Positions 38,827 to 50,125 are shown, numbered from the stretch's first letter. The stretch is DNA of 64,000 bases from an uncultured bacterium (GCA_963822585.1 CAWGIE010000047.1:145896-209895), one strand, 5' to 3'. Numbers and translations: made by a program. The notes: generated from the letters alone by a model not told the origin.

Positions 38827-39786
38827 TTAATCCGGTAAATCCAGTTTATCAATGACATCTCGGATGATTTTCGCGGAACGCGCGAGCGCTTTTTCTTCAC
38901 CGGGATCGAGTTTGAGCCGGATCACGTTCCGAACCCCTTCCCGGTTGACCACGGCGGGGAGACTGAGATAGACCTCCTGACCGTCCCTCCCCTCGGAAAA
39001 GAGGGAAGAGACGGGGAGAACGGCGTTCTCGTCCCGGAGAACGGCCCGGGTGATTCTGGTTAGGGCCAGTCCGATCCCATAGGATGTCTCGCCCTTCAGT
39101 TCGATGATCCGGTAGGCGGAATCCCGGACCCGGTTAAAGATGTCGCGCAGCTCCTCTTCTGTCCGGCAGTCGCCGTTGAATTCGCACGTCGGGCAGTAAT
39201 CTTTCAGAAGCACCCCGCCGATCAGGGCCCGGGACCAGGCCGGAAACTCGGAATCGCCGTGCTCCCCCAGGATATAGGCGTGAACGTTTCGGGGATCGAT
39301 CCGGCAGTGCCGGCTGAGCATGAATCGCAGGCGGGCGGAATCGAGAACGGTTCCCGATCCGATAACCGTCTTGGCCGCTTTGCCGGAAAACCGATAGGCG
39401 GCGTAAGAGAGGACGTCGACCGGATTGGAGACGATGAGCAAGATGGCCTCGGGGGCGTGCCGGACGATTTGGGGGATGATGGTCCGGAAGAGCGCGGCAT
39501 TGGCTTTGATCAGGTCGAGGCGGGACTGCCCCGGCTGCTGGCTTTTCCCCGCGGTCACCACCACTAGATCGGAGTCCGCGATATCGGGATAATCGCCGGC
39601 GGTGACTTCGACCGGGGAGATGTAAGGGGCACCGTGATTGAGGTCCATGACCTCCCCTTCCAGTTTTTTTCGGTCGAGATCGACCAGGCAGATCCGGCGG
39701 ACACCGCCCCTGATCATCAGGGCGTAAGCATAGCGAAGCCCGACGTTCCCGGCCCCGATAATGGAGATTTTTGGTTTCAGCGACAT
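38827..39786 (-). CDS. ldh: L-lactate dehydrogenase
   Basis: IIGAGNVG, TAG..Q.PGQSRLDL, SNPVD, GTVLDSARL and GEHGDS. Confidence 0.9.
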   Translation of the reverse strand: MSLKPKISIIGAGNVGLRYAYALMIRGGVRRICLVDLDRKKLEGEVMDLNHGAPYISPVEVTAGDYPDIADSDLVVVTAGKSQQPGQSRLDLIKANAALFRTIIPQIVRHAPEAILLIVSNPVDVLSYAAYRFSGKAAKTVIGSGTVLDSARLRFMLSRHCRIDPRNVHAYILGEHGDSEFPAWSRALIGGVLLKDYCPTCEFNGDCRTEEELRDIFNRVRDSAYRIIELKGETSYGIGLALTRITRAVLRDENAVLPVSSLFSEGRDGQEVYLSLPAVVNREGVRNVIRLKLDPGEEKALARSAKIIRDVIDKLDLPD

Positions 39787-39814
39787 CCGGTAGAAACTTT
39801 TTCGGGCGATGACC

Positions 39815-40195
39815 TCAGCCGCGCCCACTGAGGAGCAAGGCCACCTTGTGTTTGACGACGTTCTCCGTAAACGGCTTGATCAGGCAGAGACTGATCCCGC
39901 ACGCTTTCATATGCGTCTCATCCTCGGCCCTGGTGAAGTACCCGGTCATGGCGATGATCGGGATCTCCTCCATCCCTTCCCGCAGTTTCATTTCCTCGGC
40001 GACCTGGAAACCGTTCTTTCCCCGCATCTTCAGATCCAGGATGACCAGATCCGGCTGTATACGGGAAGCGGCGTTTACCGCCGCCGCGCCGTCGGTGAAT
40101 GCGGAGACTTCGTAGCCGCCCAGGGAAAGAGATTCCCGCAGTTCGTCCAGGAAGTCTTTGTCGTCGTCGATGATCATGATTTTCGCGTTGGTCAT
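39815..40195 (-). CDS. Single-domain response regulator
   Basis: IMIIDDD...PDLVILDLKM...IPIIAMTG...KPF. Confidence 0.9.
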   Translation of the reverse strand: MTNAKIMIIDDDKDFLDELRESLSLGGYEVSAFTDGAAAVNAASRIQPDLVILDLKMRGKNGFQVAEEMKLREGMEEIPIIAMTGYFTRAEDETHMKACGISLCLIKPFTENVVKHKVALLLSGRG

Positions 40196-40242
40196 GATCG
40201 GTCCTTTTCAGCGGTTGACGGGATGCGCCTTCGGCGGCGAGA

Positions 40243-40587
40243 TCAGGCGTTCTCTTCAGTCTGCAATTCCAGACCGGCCGCGAGCCATCCCTTCCTGCCG
40301 CCCTTAAAATCGAGAACACCGCCATAGCCCATTACCATCAGTTCCCGGGCGCCCCGGGTACTGGCGTGGCAGGCATAGCTGGCACAGTAAACCACGATCG
40401 TTTCGTTTTTTTTCAGGATTTCGGGGGCCTTCTCTTTCAGGCGGTCCAGGGGGATATTGACCGCCCCCGGGATATGCCCCTGCCGATACGTCTCCTCGGA
40501 GAGAACATCGACCAGGATGAAGGGGTCGCGGTTCTCCCGCATCTCCAGAAGCTCCTCCAGGGTGATCATTCTCAATCTGTTCATCAT
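40243..40587 (-). CDS. Rhodanese-like domain protein
   Basis: LVDVL...GHIPGAVNIP...VVYCAS..C; ATGA overlap with the upstream gene. Confidence 0.85.
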   Translation of the reverse strand: MMNRLRMITLEELLEMRENRDPFILVDVLSEETYRQGHIPGAVNIPLDRLKEKAPEILKKNETIVVYCASYACHASTRGARELMVMGYGGVLDFKGGRKGWLAAGLELQTEENA

Positions 40588-40982
40588 CCGCCTCCCGATT
40601 TGAGATTCTGCGCCGACTGGAGCGCCTGCATGATTTTCCCGACCAGCTGTTCTTCGTCGACGGGCTTGGAGACGAAGTCCCGGATCCCGCAAAGTTTCAT
40701 TCCCAGCCGGAGTTTCTCGTCGACGAAGATCCCGCTCATCGCCACGATGGGGACCACCCGGAAGCCCGGCAAGTGCGTCATCTCCGCGGCGATTTGAAAC
40801 CCGCTCCGCCCCGGAAGGTGGAGGTCGATGAGAACGAGATGGGGCCGGAAACGCCAGACCTCCACCAGGGCGTCATTTTCCCCGGCGACGCCCTCGGCCT
40901 GGTAACCCCGGTACTTCAGGAAGCCGGTAATCTCTTCCCGGAAATCGTCGTCATCCTCGACGATGAGTATTCGAGCACTCAT
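40584..40982 (-). CDS. Single-domain response regulator
   Basis: ILIVEDD...LVLIDLHLP...VAMSG...KPV. Confidence 0.85.
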   Translation of the reverse strand: MSARILIVEDDDDFREEITGFLKYRGYQAEGVAGENDALVEVWRFRPHLVLIDLHLPGRSGFQIAAEMTHLPGFRVVPIVAMSGIFVDEKLRLGMKLCGIRDFVSKPVDEEQLVGKIMQALQSAQNLKSGGG

Positions 40983-41230
40983 TTTTTCCCGGGCGCCAGA
41001 GGATAACTCAGCGCTCGGTCCCGATTCCGCCGTAGTGGATGTCAGTCCTGACCGGCTCAAAGAAAGGCTCCCTGAAAGCATTGCCATCAACTCACACAAG
41101 CATTTAGGATAACCATTTTATTCGCGTGCCGGGGGACACATCAGCCCCCGGTTGACATCACCGGGAGGAAAGACTTTCCCGGAACGTCGCTATCTTCCCC
41201 CCCTTTGCCGGGTGGGACAATAGGGGGATT

Positions 41231-41253
41231 CCCCTTTTTCCTGACTTTTTTCT
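41231..41253 (-). promoter_or_regulatory. Shared 23-bp operator-like motif (copy 1)
   Basis: Minus strand AGAAAAAAGTCAGGAAAAAGGGG, then 10 nt, then TTGTCC. Confidence 0.55.
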
Positions 41254-41338
41254 CCCCTCGGAATAATAAAAGGGAGAAGGTTATCAAAGATTGAGATCGG
41301 GGGAGAAATTCCGCGGGGAAGAAAAACGGGTGGTGTAC

Positions 41339-44300
41339 TTAGACGTCCCGGTGAAGAGGGATGGTGACGGTAACGGCGGTGCCTTTCTCTTTTGCGCTGA
41401 CGATCTTGATCGAGCCCCCGTGAAGCTCGGCCAGTTCCTTGCTCAAGGGCAAACCGAGTCCGGTCCCGGTTTTTTTCCCGCTGTAAAAAGGCTCGAAAAC
41501 GCGTTCCATTTCTTCTTCATCGATGCCTTTGCCGTTGTCCCGGATCGTTATCACCGCGGCCGCGTCGTTCTCGATCCGACCCGTCACCTCGATCAGCCCT
41601 TCCCGGCTGCCGATGGCCTGGTAGGCGTTGGCGAGGAGGTTATTGAATATCTCCAGAAGCTGCACCTCGTCCGCGGCGAGGGTGATCTTCGCCAGCGCCG
41701 CCAGGTCCTTCGTCACCCGTATTCTCATCCGGGGAAATTTTTCCCGGACCGTTTTTAACGCTTCCGTTACGATCCGGTCGAGCCGAACGATTTCAGGTCG
41801 GGGCAATCTGAGCCCGGTATAGGTGAGAAGATTGGAGATGATCCGGTTGCTCTCCACCACCTTGCGCTGGATTTTTTCGATGTAGCCGGCCAGAGCGGGA
41901 TTGCCGGCCTTTCTTCCCAGATTGGCGGCGGCCAGACCGATGGTGCCGAGAGGAGTGCGCAGCTCATGAGCGACGGTGGCGGCGAGGGTGCCGATCGATG
42001 AGAGGCGTTTCGCCCTTTCCAACTCCATATGCGCCGATATCAATTCCTGGGTGCGCTGGATAATCGTCTGTTCTAATGAACTATTCAACTCTTCCAGCGC
42101 CTGCTCGGTATTCTTCATCTCGGTAATGTCATGCACCATCCCCACCGAACGGACAATCTTGCCGGAGCCATCGCGCAGATGTTCGCATTTTTCGTGGACG
42201 ATGCGGACCTCGCCGGTACCCTTCCGGATAACCCGGTGCTCGATCTCATAACCGTTCTTTCCTCCCCGGATCGAGTCGGCATAGGCCGCGTCAACCGTTT
42301 CCCGGTCCTCGGGGTGAACCATTTCCAGGAAGGCCTCGTACGTCGCCCCGAACTCCCCGGGCTGGAGCCCGAAGATGTGGTAGACTTCATCCGACCAGGT
42401 CAGCGCGCCCGCGGCCAGATCCAGCTCCCAGCTGCCCAGATGCGCCATTCCCTGCGCTTTTTTCAGGCGTTGCTCGCTCTCGCGCAGCGCTTCTTCCGTC
42501 TGCCGGATATCGGTGATGTCGACGCCAAAGCCGATAACGCCTTTGATCTCGCCGTTCTCGTCAAAATACGGTACCTTATCAATCCGGATTGTCCTTACTC
42601 CCTGAGGCGTTGCCAGCGTCTCGATGATTCCGAGTTTCTCACGGCCGCTTTTCATGACCTCCCGATCATCCTTACCGTAGGCTGCGGCCTGCCTGCTCGG
42701 ATAGAGGTCGAACATGGACTTCCCTTCCATCTCCGACCGGGAAATGTTCATCACCTTTTCAAACGCCTTGTTAACGCGCAGGAAACGGTTTCCCTTATCC
42801 TTGAAGAAGATAAGCACCGGGGAGGAATCAAGGATGGTCTGTTGTTCCGTTAAGTTCGCCTCCAGTAAATTTTCGAGTTTTTTCCGTGCGGTGATGTTGA
42901 TGCAGATGCCGGACATGCGCGTCGGCCGGCCGTTCCGGTCGTAGGTGGTATCGCCGAGAGCGTTGATCCAGCGTACTTTTCCCGAGGCAAGCACGATGCG
43001 ATACTCGCTGGAGTGGGGGGAGTGGTTTTTAATCGCCGTCTCAATCCGTTCTTGCGCCCGCGCCCTGTCGTCGGGATGGATCACGCTTCTCCATAAGTCA
43101 AAACCGGGGACGCTTGACGCGGGATCGAGGGCGAAGAGACTGAACAGTTCATGAGACCACTCAAGTTTGCCCGTGGTAATGTCCCAATCCCAGACTCCGG
43201 CGCCGGCCGAGACCTGGGCCAACCTCAGCCGTTCCTCGCTCTCGCGCAGCGCTTCCAGTGCCTGTTTGTATTTCGTCGTCTCCCGCAGCGAAAAGACAAG
43301 GCCGGTCACCCTGCCGCCGTGATCCTTTACCGGCGTCAGGCTCCAGTCCCAGTAAGTCACGCCCCGTTCGGGCTGATCGGGGAAGACGAAAGGCCTATCC
43401 TTGTGGAAGACCCCTTTGCCGGACTTCAGGACTTTCCGGAAAATGGCTTCGTTCTCCGGGTCGGGGTAGAGAGTGAAATGGTTCTTGCCGATCAGTTCTT
43501 CCGGCTTCATCCGACACGTTTCAGCGTAGGCGGGATTGACCCAGACGAAATTGAATTTCGAATCGAGCAGGACCAGCATTACGTCGGTGGTGCGCATAAC
43601 GATCTCCAGCAAACTCCGCTCGCGATGCAGATGTTCCTCAGCCTGCTTGCGCTCGGTGATGTCGAGGCAGTAAATGTTGACGTAGTCGTTTCCTTTGACC
43701 GGTACCGCCGCCGCCTGAAAAATCCGCTTTTTCCCCCGAACTTCCCCCTGCACGATGAGGCCGGTTTTCTCCGCCTCCCGCGCCATCCGGAACAGTTCGG
43801 CGGGGAGAGGGCGCCCGATCCCGCACCGGGATCGTCCGAAGGCTTTGGCCGCTGCCGGGTTGGAATAGAGAATGGTCCCGCTCCGGTCGGAACGGAGGAC
43901 GGGGTTGGGGTTCTCCGAAGGGAAGCGGGAGAGGTCTTCCGCCTCCTGTTGCGCGCGCCGCTGCTCGGTGACGTCGTGCCAGACCACTAAAGCCCCGTCA
44001 ATTTCCCTTCCCTCTTTAATCGGTGCCGCCGAGCTGAGGACCGTCCGTTTCTTTCCCTTCGCGTCCGTGAAGCGGTATTCCCGGTCTCGGACGGCCTTCC
44101 CGGTTAGAGCCCGCGCGGAAATAAAATCATCCCGTTTCAGTTTTACGCCTCTCGCCGCCCGGGAGGATAATTTTTTAACCAGGGCCGTTTGCGACATCCC
44201 GGCGGGGTTGAAACCGAAAGACTCTTTCGCAGCCGTATTGGCTCTGACCACGGTCCCCCGGAGGTCGTAGATCAGGGCCGGGTCGGCGATGCCTTCCAAG

Positions 44301-44467
44301 ACCTGAAAACAGGCGAGCAGTTGCCCGGATGGTTCGGGGGCAACCTTTTTCCGCGTGCCGGGTCCTTTTTGCCGCCGGGAGGAGGGCCGGATCTGTCCAT
44401 CCGGAGGGCGGGAAGACTTACCGGACGGTCTTTTTCGCTTTCCGTTTTTTATTTTGGGTCCGGGCAT
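41339..44467 (-). CDS. Cytoplasmic multi-PAS sensor histidine kinase
   Basis: About six PAS/PAC domains; AHELRTPL, NLLANA, DNGKG, FEPF and GTGLGL boxes. Confidence 0.95.
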   Translation of the reverse strand: MPGPKIKNGKRKRPSGKSSRPPDGQIRPSSRRQKGPGTRKKVAPEPSGQLLACFQVLEGIADPALIYDLRGTVVRANTAAKESFGFNPAGMSQTALVKKLSSRAARGVKLKRDDFISARALTGKAVRDREYRFTDAKGKKRTVLSSAAPIKEGREIDGALVVWHDVTEQRRAQQEAEDLSRFPSENPNPVLRSDRSGTILYSNPAAAKAFGRSRCGIGRPLPAELFRMAREAEKTGLIVQGEVRGKKRIFQAAAVPVKGNDYVNIYCLDITERKQAEEHLHRERSLLEIVMRTTDVMLVLLDSKFNFVWVNPAYAETCRMKPEELIGKNHFTLYPDPENEAIFRKVLKSGKGVFHKDRPFVFPDQPERGVTYWDWSLTPVKDHGGRVTGLVFSLRETTKYKQALEALRESEERLRLAQVSAGAGVWDWDITTGKLEWSHELFSLFALDPASSVPGFDLWRSVIHPDDRARAQERIETAIKNHSPHSSEYRIVLASGKVRWINALGDTTYDRNGRPTRMSGICINITARKKLENLLEANLTEQQTILDSSPVLIFFKDKGNRFLRVNKAFEKVMNISRSEMEGKSMFDLYPSRQAAAYGKDDREVMKSGREKLGIIETLATPQGVRTIRIDKVPYFDENGEIKGVIGFGVDITDIRQTEEALRESEQRLKKAQGMAHLGSWELDLAAGALTWSDEVYHIFGLQPGEFGATYEAFLEMVHPEDRETVDAAYADSIRGGKNGYEIEHRVIRKGTGEVRIVHEKCEHLRDGSGKIVRSVGMVHDITEMKNTEQALEELNSSLEQTIIQRTQELISAHMELERAKRLSSIGTLAATVAHELRTPLGTIGLAAANLGRKAGNPALAGYIEKIQRKVVESNRIISNLLTYTGLRLPRPEIVRLDRIVTEALKTVREKFPRMRIRVTKDLAALAKITLAADEVQLLEIFNNLLANAYQAIGSREGLIEVTGRIENDAAAVITIRDNGKGIDEEEMERVFEPFYSGKKTGTGLGLPLSKELAELHGGSIKIVSAKEKGTAVTVTIPLHRDV

Positions 44468-45203
44468 TGTTTCTCCGGGATATTTTTTTCGATCGCGACC
44501 GGCGGTGCCGATACTTGGTCGGGGTCTGACCGGTCCCTTTCTGGAATATCCGGATAAAGGATTCGGTGTTGAGATAACCGAGGGAGAGGGCGATCTTGTC
44601 GACGCTGTGACCGGTCTCCTCCAGCCATTCCTTGGCCTGGTCGATCTTCAGCCGCAATTTATACTCGTTGAATCCCTCTCCGGTCATTTCCCGGAATATC
44701 CGGCTGACGTATTTGGGACTCAGGCAGACCAACCGGGCGGCATCATCGAGGGTGACTTTTTTATGCCAGTTCCTTTCCAGGAAGAGCTTGATCCGTTCCA
44801 TCTTGCCTTTGGTATCGGAGAGATCCAGGTCGGCTTTCCGGGCGCAGGAGGTTAGAAGGTTCTCGATGATGATTTTGGCTTTGTTCGTGTCCAGGGGCTT
44901 TTCCAGGTAATCGTCGGCTTCGCCCTTGAGCGCCTCGATCACGATCTTCTTGGATCCGTAGCCGGTGAGGATGATCACGCTCAGATCGGGAGCGATCTCC
45001 TTGATCTTTTTCAGGACCTGGGTGCCGGATCGATCGGGGAGCATTACGTCCAGGATGACCAGGTCGATCTCGTGGGGTTTCTCCAGCATCGCGATCGCTT
45101 CTTCCCCCCGGGATGCCTCCCGGATCCGGTAGTCCTGGAAGAATTCCCGGAATTCGCTCCGGAAATCCTTGTCGTCATCAACCAGTAGTATGGTGTAAGG
45201 CAT
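44418..45203 (-). CDS. Response regulator with AraC-type HTH
   Basis: Receiver domain + TLDDAARLVCLSPKYVSRIF...IALSLGY.....F.R.F.K.TG.TP..YR. Confidence 0.9.
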   Translation of the reverse strand: MPYTILLVDDDKDFRSEFREFFQDYRIREASRGEEAIAMLEKPHEIDLVILDVMLPDRSGTQVLKKIKEIAPDLSVIILTGYGSKKIVIEALKGEADDYLEKPLDTNKAKIIIENLLTSCARKADLDLSDTKGKMERIKLFLERNWHKKVTLDDAARLVCLSPKYVSRIFREMTGEGFNEYKLRLKIDQAKEWLEETGHSVDKIALSLGYLNTESFIRIFQKGTGQTPTKYRHRRSRSKKISRRNNARTQNKKRKAKKTVR

Positions 45204-45390
45204 GTCACTGTTCCCGTTTGATCGGGAAATGTATATATATCCCGAATTATTCAGGATATCATATATCGTTCAGTACATTCATAATATATTCATCGAGGAT
45301 TTTTCTTTCAAGCATGGAGTTGAGGCTGATCTCGGAGAAAGGTGATATTTTTCTGAGAATGATTGTTTTTCCCGACAGGGAAAAACAAGT

Positions 45391-45413
45391 AGAAATAAGT
45401 CAATAAAAAGGAG
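45391..45413 (+). promoter_or_regulatory. Shared 23-bp operator-like motif (copy 2)
   Basis: AGAAATAAGTCAATAAAAAGGAG, then 10 nt, then TTGGCG. Confidence 0.6.
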
Positions 45414-45481
45414 AATGCGCCTATTGGCGGATTGATCGGTTCCATACTATCGTCATGCCGGACTAATGAGGAGGTTCTGCC

Positions 45482-46633
45482 GTGTTCCAGCATCGCGTCC
45501 GTTTGTTCACCATCCTTGGTTTTGAAGTAAAAGTCGATATCAGTTGGCTGATACTCGCCGTTCTGATTACCTGGACCCTGGCCCGGGGTGTTTTCCCCTA
45601 TTATGACAAAGGCCTCTCCGAAGCCACCTACTGGTGGATGGGCGCGGCCGGGGCGATCGGCCTCTTCCTCTCCATTATCTTCCACGAGCTGGCTCATTCG
45701 CTGGTGGCGCGGCGGTATGGTTTGCAGATCAAGGGGATCACGCTCTTCATCTTCGGGGGAGTGGCGGAGATGCACGAAGAGCCGTCCAATCCCCGAACCG
45801 AGTTTTTGATGGCGGCCGCCGGACCTTTCTCCAGTATCGTCCTGGGGGTGATTTTTTATCTCCTGCGCTGGGCCGGGGCGGCGGCGGCCTATCCGAGACC
45901 GGTGGTGTATGTTCTCGGCTACCTATCCTTTCTCAACTTCATCCTGGCCGGATTCAATCTTCTCCCGGCCTTCCCCCTCGACGGCGGCCGGATTTTTCGG
46001 GCCGCCCTATGGAAATGGAAGCATAACCTCCGCTGGGCCACCCGGGTCGCCTCCCAGGCCGGATCGTTCTTCGGGATGGCGCTGATCTTTCTCGGTTTCC
46101 TCAGCGTCCTCCAGGGAAATTTCATCGGGGGGATCTGGTGGTTCCTGATCGGGATGTTCCTGCGCAACGCTTCCCGGATTTCCTACAAGCAGGTCCTCCT
46201 GAGAAAGTCCCTGAAAGGGGAAAAAATCGCCCGCTTCGCGACCGTGAATCCGATCACCGTCCCCCCCTCGATATCGATCGAGGAGCTGGTAAACGGCTAT
46301 ATCTACAAGTACCACCACAAACTGTATCCGGTGACGGAAGACGGTCGGCTGCTGGGCTGCATGACGCTCGCTCAGATCAAGGAAGTGCCCCGGGAGCTGT
46401 GGAGCGTCCGCACCGTCCGGGAGGCGATGAGCGCCTGTTCGCCCAGGAACAGCGTTTCTCCCGACGCCGACGCCGTCACGGTCCTTTCCCTGATGCAGCA
46501 GACCGGGAACAGCCGGCTGCTGGTGGTCGCAGGGGGCGAACTGAAAGGGATTATCACCCTCAAGGATATCCTGGGGTTTCTTTCCCTCAAGCTGGACCTG
46601 GAAGGAGAAGGCGATGTTTCGGAATCGACGTAA
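45482..46633 (+). CDS. Site-2 protease (M50) with CBS domains
   Basis: HELAH and FNLLPAFPLDGG; C-terminal CBS pair. Confidence 0.9.
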   Translation: MFQHRVRLFTILGFEVKVDISWLILAVLITWTLARGVFPYYDKGLSEATYWWMGAAGAIGLFLSIIFHELAHSLVARRYGLQIKGITLFIFGGVAEMHEEPSNPRTEFLMAAAGPFSSIVLGVIFYLLRWAGAAAAYPRPVVYVLGYLSFLNFILAGFNLLPAFPLDGGRIFRAALWKWKHNLRWATRVASQAGSFFGMALIFLGFLSVLQGNFIGGIWWFLIGMFLRNASRISYKQVLLRKSLKGEKIARFATVNPITVPPSISIEELVNGYIYKYHHKLYPVTEDGRLLGCMTLAQIKEVPRELWSVRTVREAMSACSPRNSVSPDADAVTVLSLMQQTGNSRLLVVAGGELKGIITLKDILGFLSLKLDLEGEGDVSEST

Positions 46634-46683
46634 GCCGGATATCTCCCGAATCGATTCTCACCGGAAATGATTGAGGAGAAACG

Positions 46684-48391
46684 ATGATGCAAGACGTATC
46701 GATCGTGAGTCAGCGGGGAGGCCGGACAGGGGATCAGGACCGTGGAGAGCCTCCTGGCGGGGACGCTTAAGTCCTGCGGTTATCATGTTTTCTCGACCAA
46801 GGAATACATGTCCCGCGTCCGGGGGGGCATGAATTCGACCGAGATCAGGGTCTCCCCGGACCGGGTCCGGGCCTTTGTCGATCGGATCGATATTCTCGCC
46901 TGCCTTAATCCGGGCGGCGTCAGCCGCCTGCGGGAGCGGGTGAGAAAAGAGACGCTGATCCTGGGGAGCGAAGAGGTCATCAGCGAGGAGGAGCGGAAGC
47001 TGGGCGATTTCGTCGCCGTGCCCTGGAAGGAGATCGCCGAAGAACTCGGGAAGGACTATTACGCCAACACGGTGGCGACGGGGGTCCTGCTGGGGTTGCT
47101 GGAGGTCGATAAGGATCAAGCCGCGGCCTCGGTCGCCGGCTTTTTCTCCGGGCGCGAAGACAAGATCCGCGACGACAACGTGAAAGCGCTGGAACGGGGC
47201 TACCGGATCGGGAGCGAACTGAGAGAGAAGCGGGGATTCTCCCTGGCCCGAAAACCGGATCCCGAGGTCAGGGAAGAAGCGCTCATGAACGGGACCCAGG
47301 GCATCGGCCTGGGGGCGATCGCCGGCGGCTGCAACTTTCTCTCTTTCTATCCCATGTCCCCATCCACCGGCGTGGGCGTTTTCCTCGCCCAGCACGCCGA
47401 TGATTTCAAGATCGAGGTCGAGCAGGCCGAGGACGAGATCTCCGCGATCAACATGGTCCTGGGGTCCTGGTACGCGGGGGGGCGGGCGATGGTGACCACT
47501 TCGGGGGGGGGATTCGCCTTGATGATCGAAGGGTTGAGTTTGGCAGGGATGCTGGAGACGCCGGCGGTTATTCATATCGGCCAGCGTCCGGGGCCCGCCA
47601 CCGGCCTCCCCACCCGGACCGAGCAGGGTGAACTTCTTTTCGCCCTCTTCGCCGGTCACGGCGAGTTTCCCCGGATTATCTTCGCTCCCGGCACCATCGA
47701 AGAGGCATTTCGCCTGACCCGGAAAGCCTTCAACCTGGCCGCCGCCTGCCAGGTCCCGGTCATCATCCTCAGCGACCAGTATCTTCTCGATTCCCAATAC
47801 GATCTCCCCCCCCTCGATCTCTCCGGGTTTACCGTGGAAAAACGGATCGTGAAGACGGAGAAAGACTACCGGCGCTACGCTCTCACCCCCGACGGGATTT
47901 CGCCCCGGGGGATCCCCGGTTACGGGGAGGGGCTGGTGGCGGTGGACAGCGACGAACATGACGAGACGGGACATATTACCGAGGACTTCGCCGTGCGGAC
48001 GGAGATGGTGAATAAGCGCCTGAAAAAGCTCGATCTGCTCAAGAAGGAGGTGGAGGAACCGGAATTTTCCGGCGACGAGAACTACCGGACGCTTTTGCTC
48101 GGTTGGGGGTCCACCCATTACATGATCCGGGAAAGTCTGGAGGAGATAGGAGAAGAGGGGATCGGTTACCTTCATTTTTCTCAGGTCTACCCTATCTGGC
48201 CGAAGACCGCGGAGTTCATGGCCAAAGCGCGCAGAACGGTGGTAATCGAAAACAACGCCACCTCCCAGTTTGGGCGGCTCATCCGGATGAGCACCGGGCG
48301 GGAGCCGGACGGCAAGATACTCAAATATAACGGTATGCCGTTTAGTACGGAAGAACTCGTCTCCGCGATTACCAAGGAGGTATCACGATGA
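46684..48391 (+). CDS. 2-oxoacid:ferredoxin oxidoreductase alpha subunit, with a +1 frameshift near 46709
   Basis: MMQDVSIV / [12 protein letters not shown] split by one extra base; [15 protein letters not shown] and [11 protein letters not shown] motifs. Confidence 0.9.
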
Positions 48392-49254
48392 CCGCCACGA
48401 TCTTCGATATGGGCAAGATAGACATCGCCTGGTGCCCGGGCTGCGGGGATTTCCCTATCCTGCGGGTACTGCAAGAGGCGCTCAGCGAGCTGAAGATCGA
48501 GCCCCGAAATCTGGTCCTGGTTTCGGGGATCGGCCAGGCGGCCAAGATCCCCCAGTATCTTTGGTGTAATTTTTTCAACGGGCTGCATGGCCGTTCCCTG
48601 CCCGTGGCCACCGCGATCAAGGCGTCCAACCCCGGCTTGACGGTGATCGCGACCAGCGGCGACGGGTGCCTGTACGGCGAAGGAGGCAATCATTTCGTCC
48701 ACGCCATTCGCCGCAACCCCGATATCACCCAGATCACCTGCAACAACATGGTCTACGGGCTGACCAAGGGGCAGGCCTCGCCCACCAGCCGGATCGGTTT
48801 CGAGACCCCGGTCCAGGTGCACGGAGTCTTCGAGGAACCACTCAACCCGGTGGCCCTGGCGATCTCTCTCAACGTCTCCTTCGTTGCCCGGGCTTATATC
48901 GGCGATCCGAAGGGAACGAAAGAAATACTCAAGCAGGCGATCGCCCACCGGGGCTACGCCCTGGTCGATATTTTCCAGCCCTGCGTCACCTTCAACGACC
49001 TCAACACCTACCGCTGGTTCAAGGAGAATACCTACCGCCTGGAAGACGATTACGACCCATCCGACCGGGTTGCGGCTTTCCAACGGGCGATCGAGACCGA
49101 GAAGCTCCCCCTGGGGGTATTCTTCGTCAATCCGAAACGCCAGCCCTTCGAAGAGCATTTCGAGAAGGAACTGAAAGTGAAGAAACCGCTCTTCCAGCGG
49201 GAAGTGGATAGGGCAAAGCTCCAGGAGCTGGCCAAGAGTTTGGGGAAAAAATAA
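48388..49254 (+). CDS. 2-oxoacid:ferredoxin oxidoreductase beta subunit
   Basis: WCPGCG, SGIG, LHGR, GDG, NN..YGLTKGQ.SPT and QPCVTF. Confidence 0.92.
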   Translation: MTATIFDMGKIDIAWCPGCGDFPILRVLQEALSELKIEPRNLVLVSGIGQAAKIPQYLWCNFFNGLHGRSLPVATAIKASNPGLTVIATSGDGCLYGEGGNHFVHAIRRNPDITQITCNNMVYGLTKGQASPTSRIGFETPVQVHGVFEEPLNPVALAISLNVSFVARAYIGDPKGTKEILKQAIAHRGYALVDIFQPCVTFNDLNTYRWFKENTYRLEDDYDPSDRVAAFQRAIETEKLPLGVFFVNPKRQPFEEHFEKELKVKKPLFQREVDRAKLQELAKSLGKK

Positions 49255-49317
49255 AAGTTTGAATAGAGGATGGCATTTGAGGGCCGTTCTCTCAACCAAA
49301 AAACCGGGAGGTGCCGG

Positions 49318-49941
49318 ATGAAAGTATCATTGTATTGCGTGACCGCGCTGGCCGTCCTTGCCCTGATTCTGCCGTTCCGGGGCGAGGCCGAAGATGAAGG
49401 CCAAGGCTCGACGATGATGAAAGGCGGACAGGGGATGATGGGCGGAGGCATGATGGGACAGGGAACGTCGGGGCAGGGGATGACCGGACAGGGAATGATG
49501 GGGCAGGGGATGACCGGACAGGGAATGATGGGGCAGGGGATGACCGGACAGGGAGAAAATCAGAATTGGTACTGCCCTTACTGCGGCCGCTCCATGGGCA
49601 TGATGGGCCAGGGCATGATGAACCAGGGCATGATGGGCCAGGGTATGATGGGCAAGGGCATGATGGGCAAGGGCATGATGGGCGGGGGAATGAAGTGCTC
49701 GGGGATGATGTGCCGGGGATGGGGATATCCCAACCAGGGCCGCGTCACGCCCGTTGACATGGCCGGGGCCAAGGAGCTGGTGGAGCACTATCTGGCGGCG
49801 ACGGGGAATCCCCGGCTGAAAGCGGGGAAGATCACCGAGATGAAGGACTCGTTCGTGGCGGAGATTGTGACCCAGGACGGTTCCCTGGTCGACAAGATCA
49901 TCATCGACAAGAATACCGGCTGGATGCGTCCCGAGGCATGA
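49318..49941 (+). CDS. Exported Gly/Met-rich protein (GMMGQ repeats, CPYCG)
   Basis: Signal peptide; perfect 30-bp tandem repeat at 49471-49554; PepSY-like C-terminus. Confidence 0.8.
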   Translation: MKVSLYCVTALAVLALILPFRGEAEDEGQGSTMMKGGQGMMGGGMMGQGTSGQGMTGQGMMGQGMTGQGMMGQGMTGQGENQNWYCPYCGRSMGMMGQGMMNQGMMGQGMMGKGMMGKGMMGGGMKCSGMMCRGWGYPNQGRVTPVDMAGAKELVEHYLAATGNPRLKAGKITEMKDSFVAEIVTQDGSLVDKIIIDKNTGWMRPEA

Positions 49942-49976
49942 GGTAGGCCGGGAGGAGTTCGCCGGCTCTGTATCCG

Positions 49977-50015
49977 GTTCCCCGGTCCCGGATATTCCGG
50001 GACCGGGGAACTTCT
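49977..50015 (+). terminator. Putative intrinsic terminator/stem-loop
   Basis: 16-bp perfect stem GTTCCCCGGTCCCGGA-TAT-TCCGGGACCGGGGAAC followed by TTCTCT. Confidence 0.55.
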
Positions 50016-50125
50016 CTGTGTAACGTTCAGCCGGAAGTCGGGCCCGAAATGCATGGCCCCGCCTCTCATCGCCGCGGTTAGTACCAACGTCGACATCATC
50101 CTTCTCATAACGCGGTGGCCGAAGA

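Noticed and set aside
24358..46720. Programmed frameshifting in the EFR1, 26248 and oxidoreductase alpha genes
   Set aside because: Scattered single-base insertions without slippery heptamers are more consistent with sequencing error or decay.
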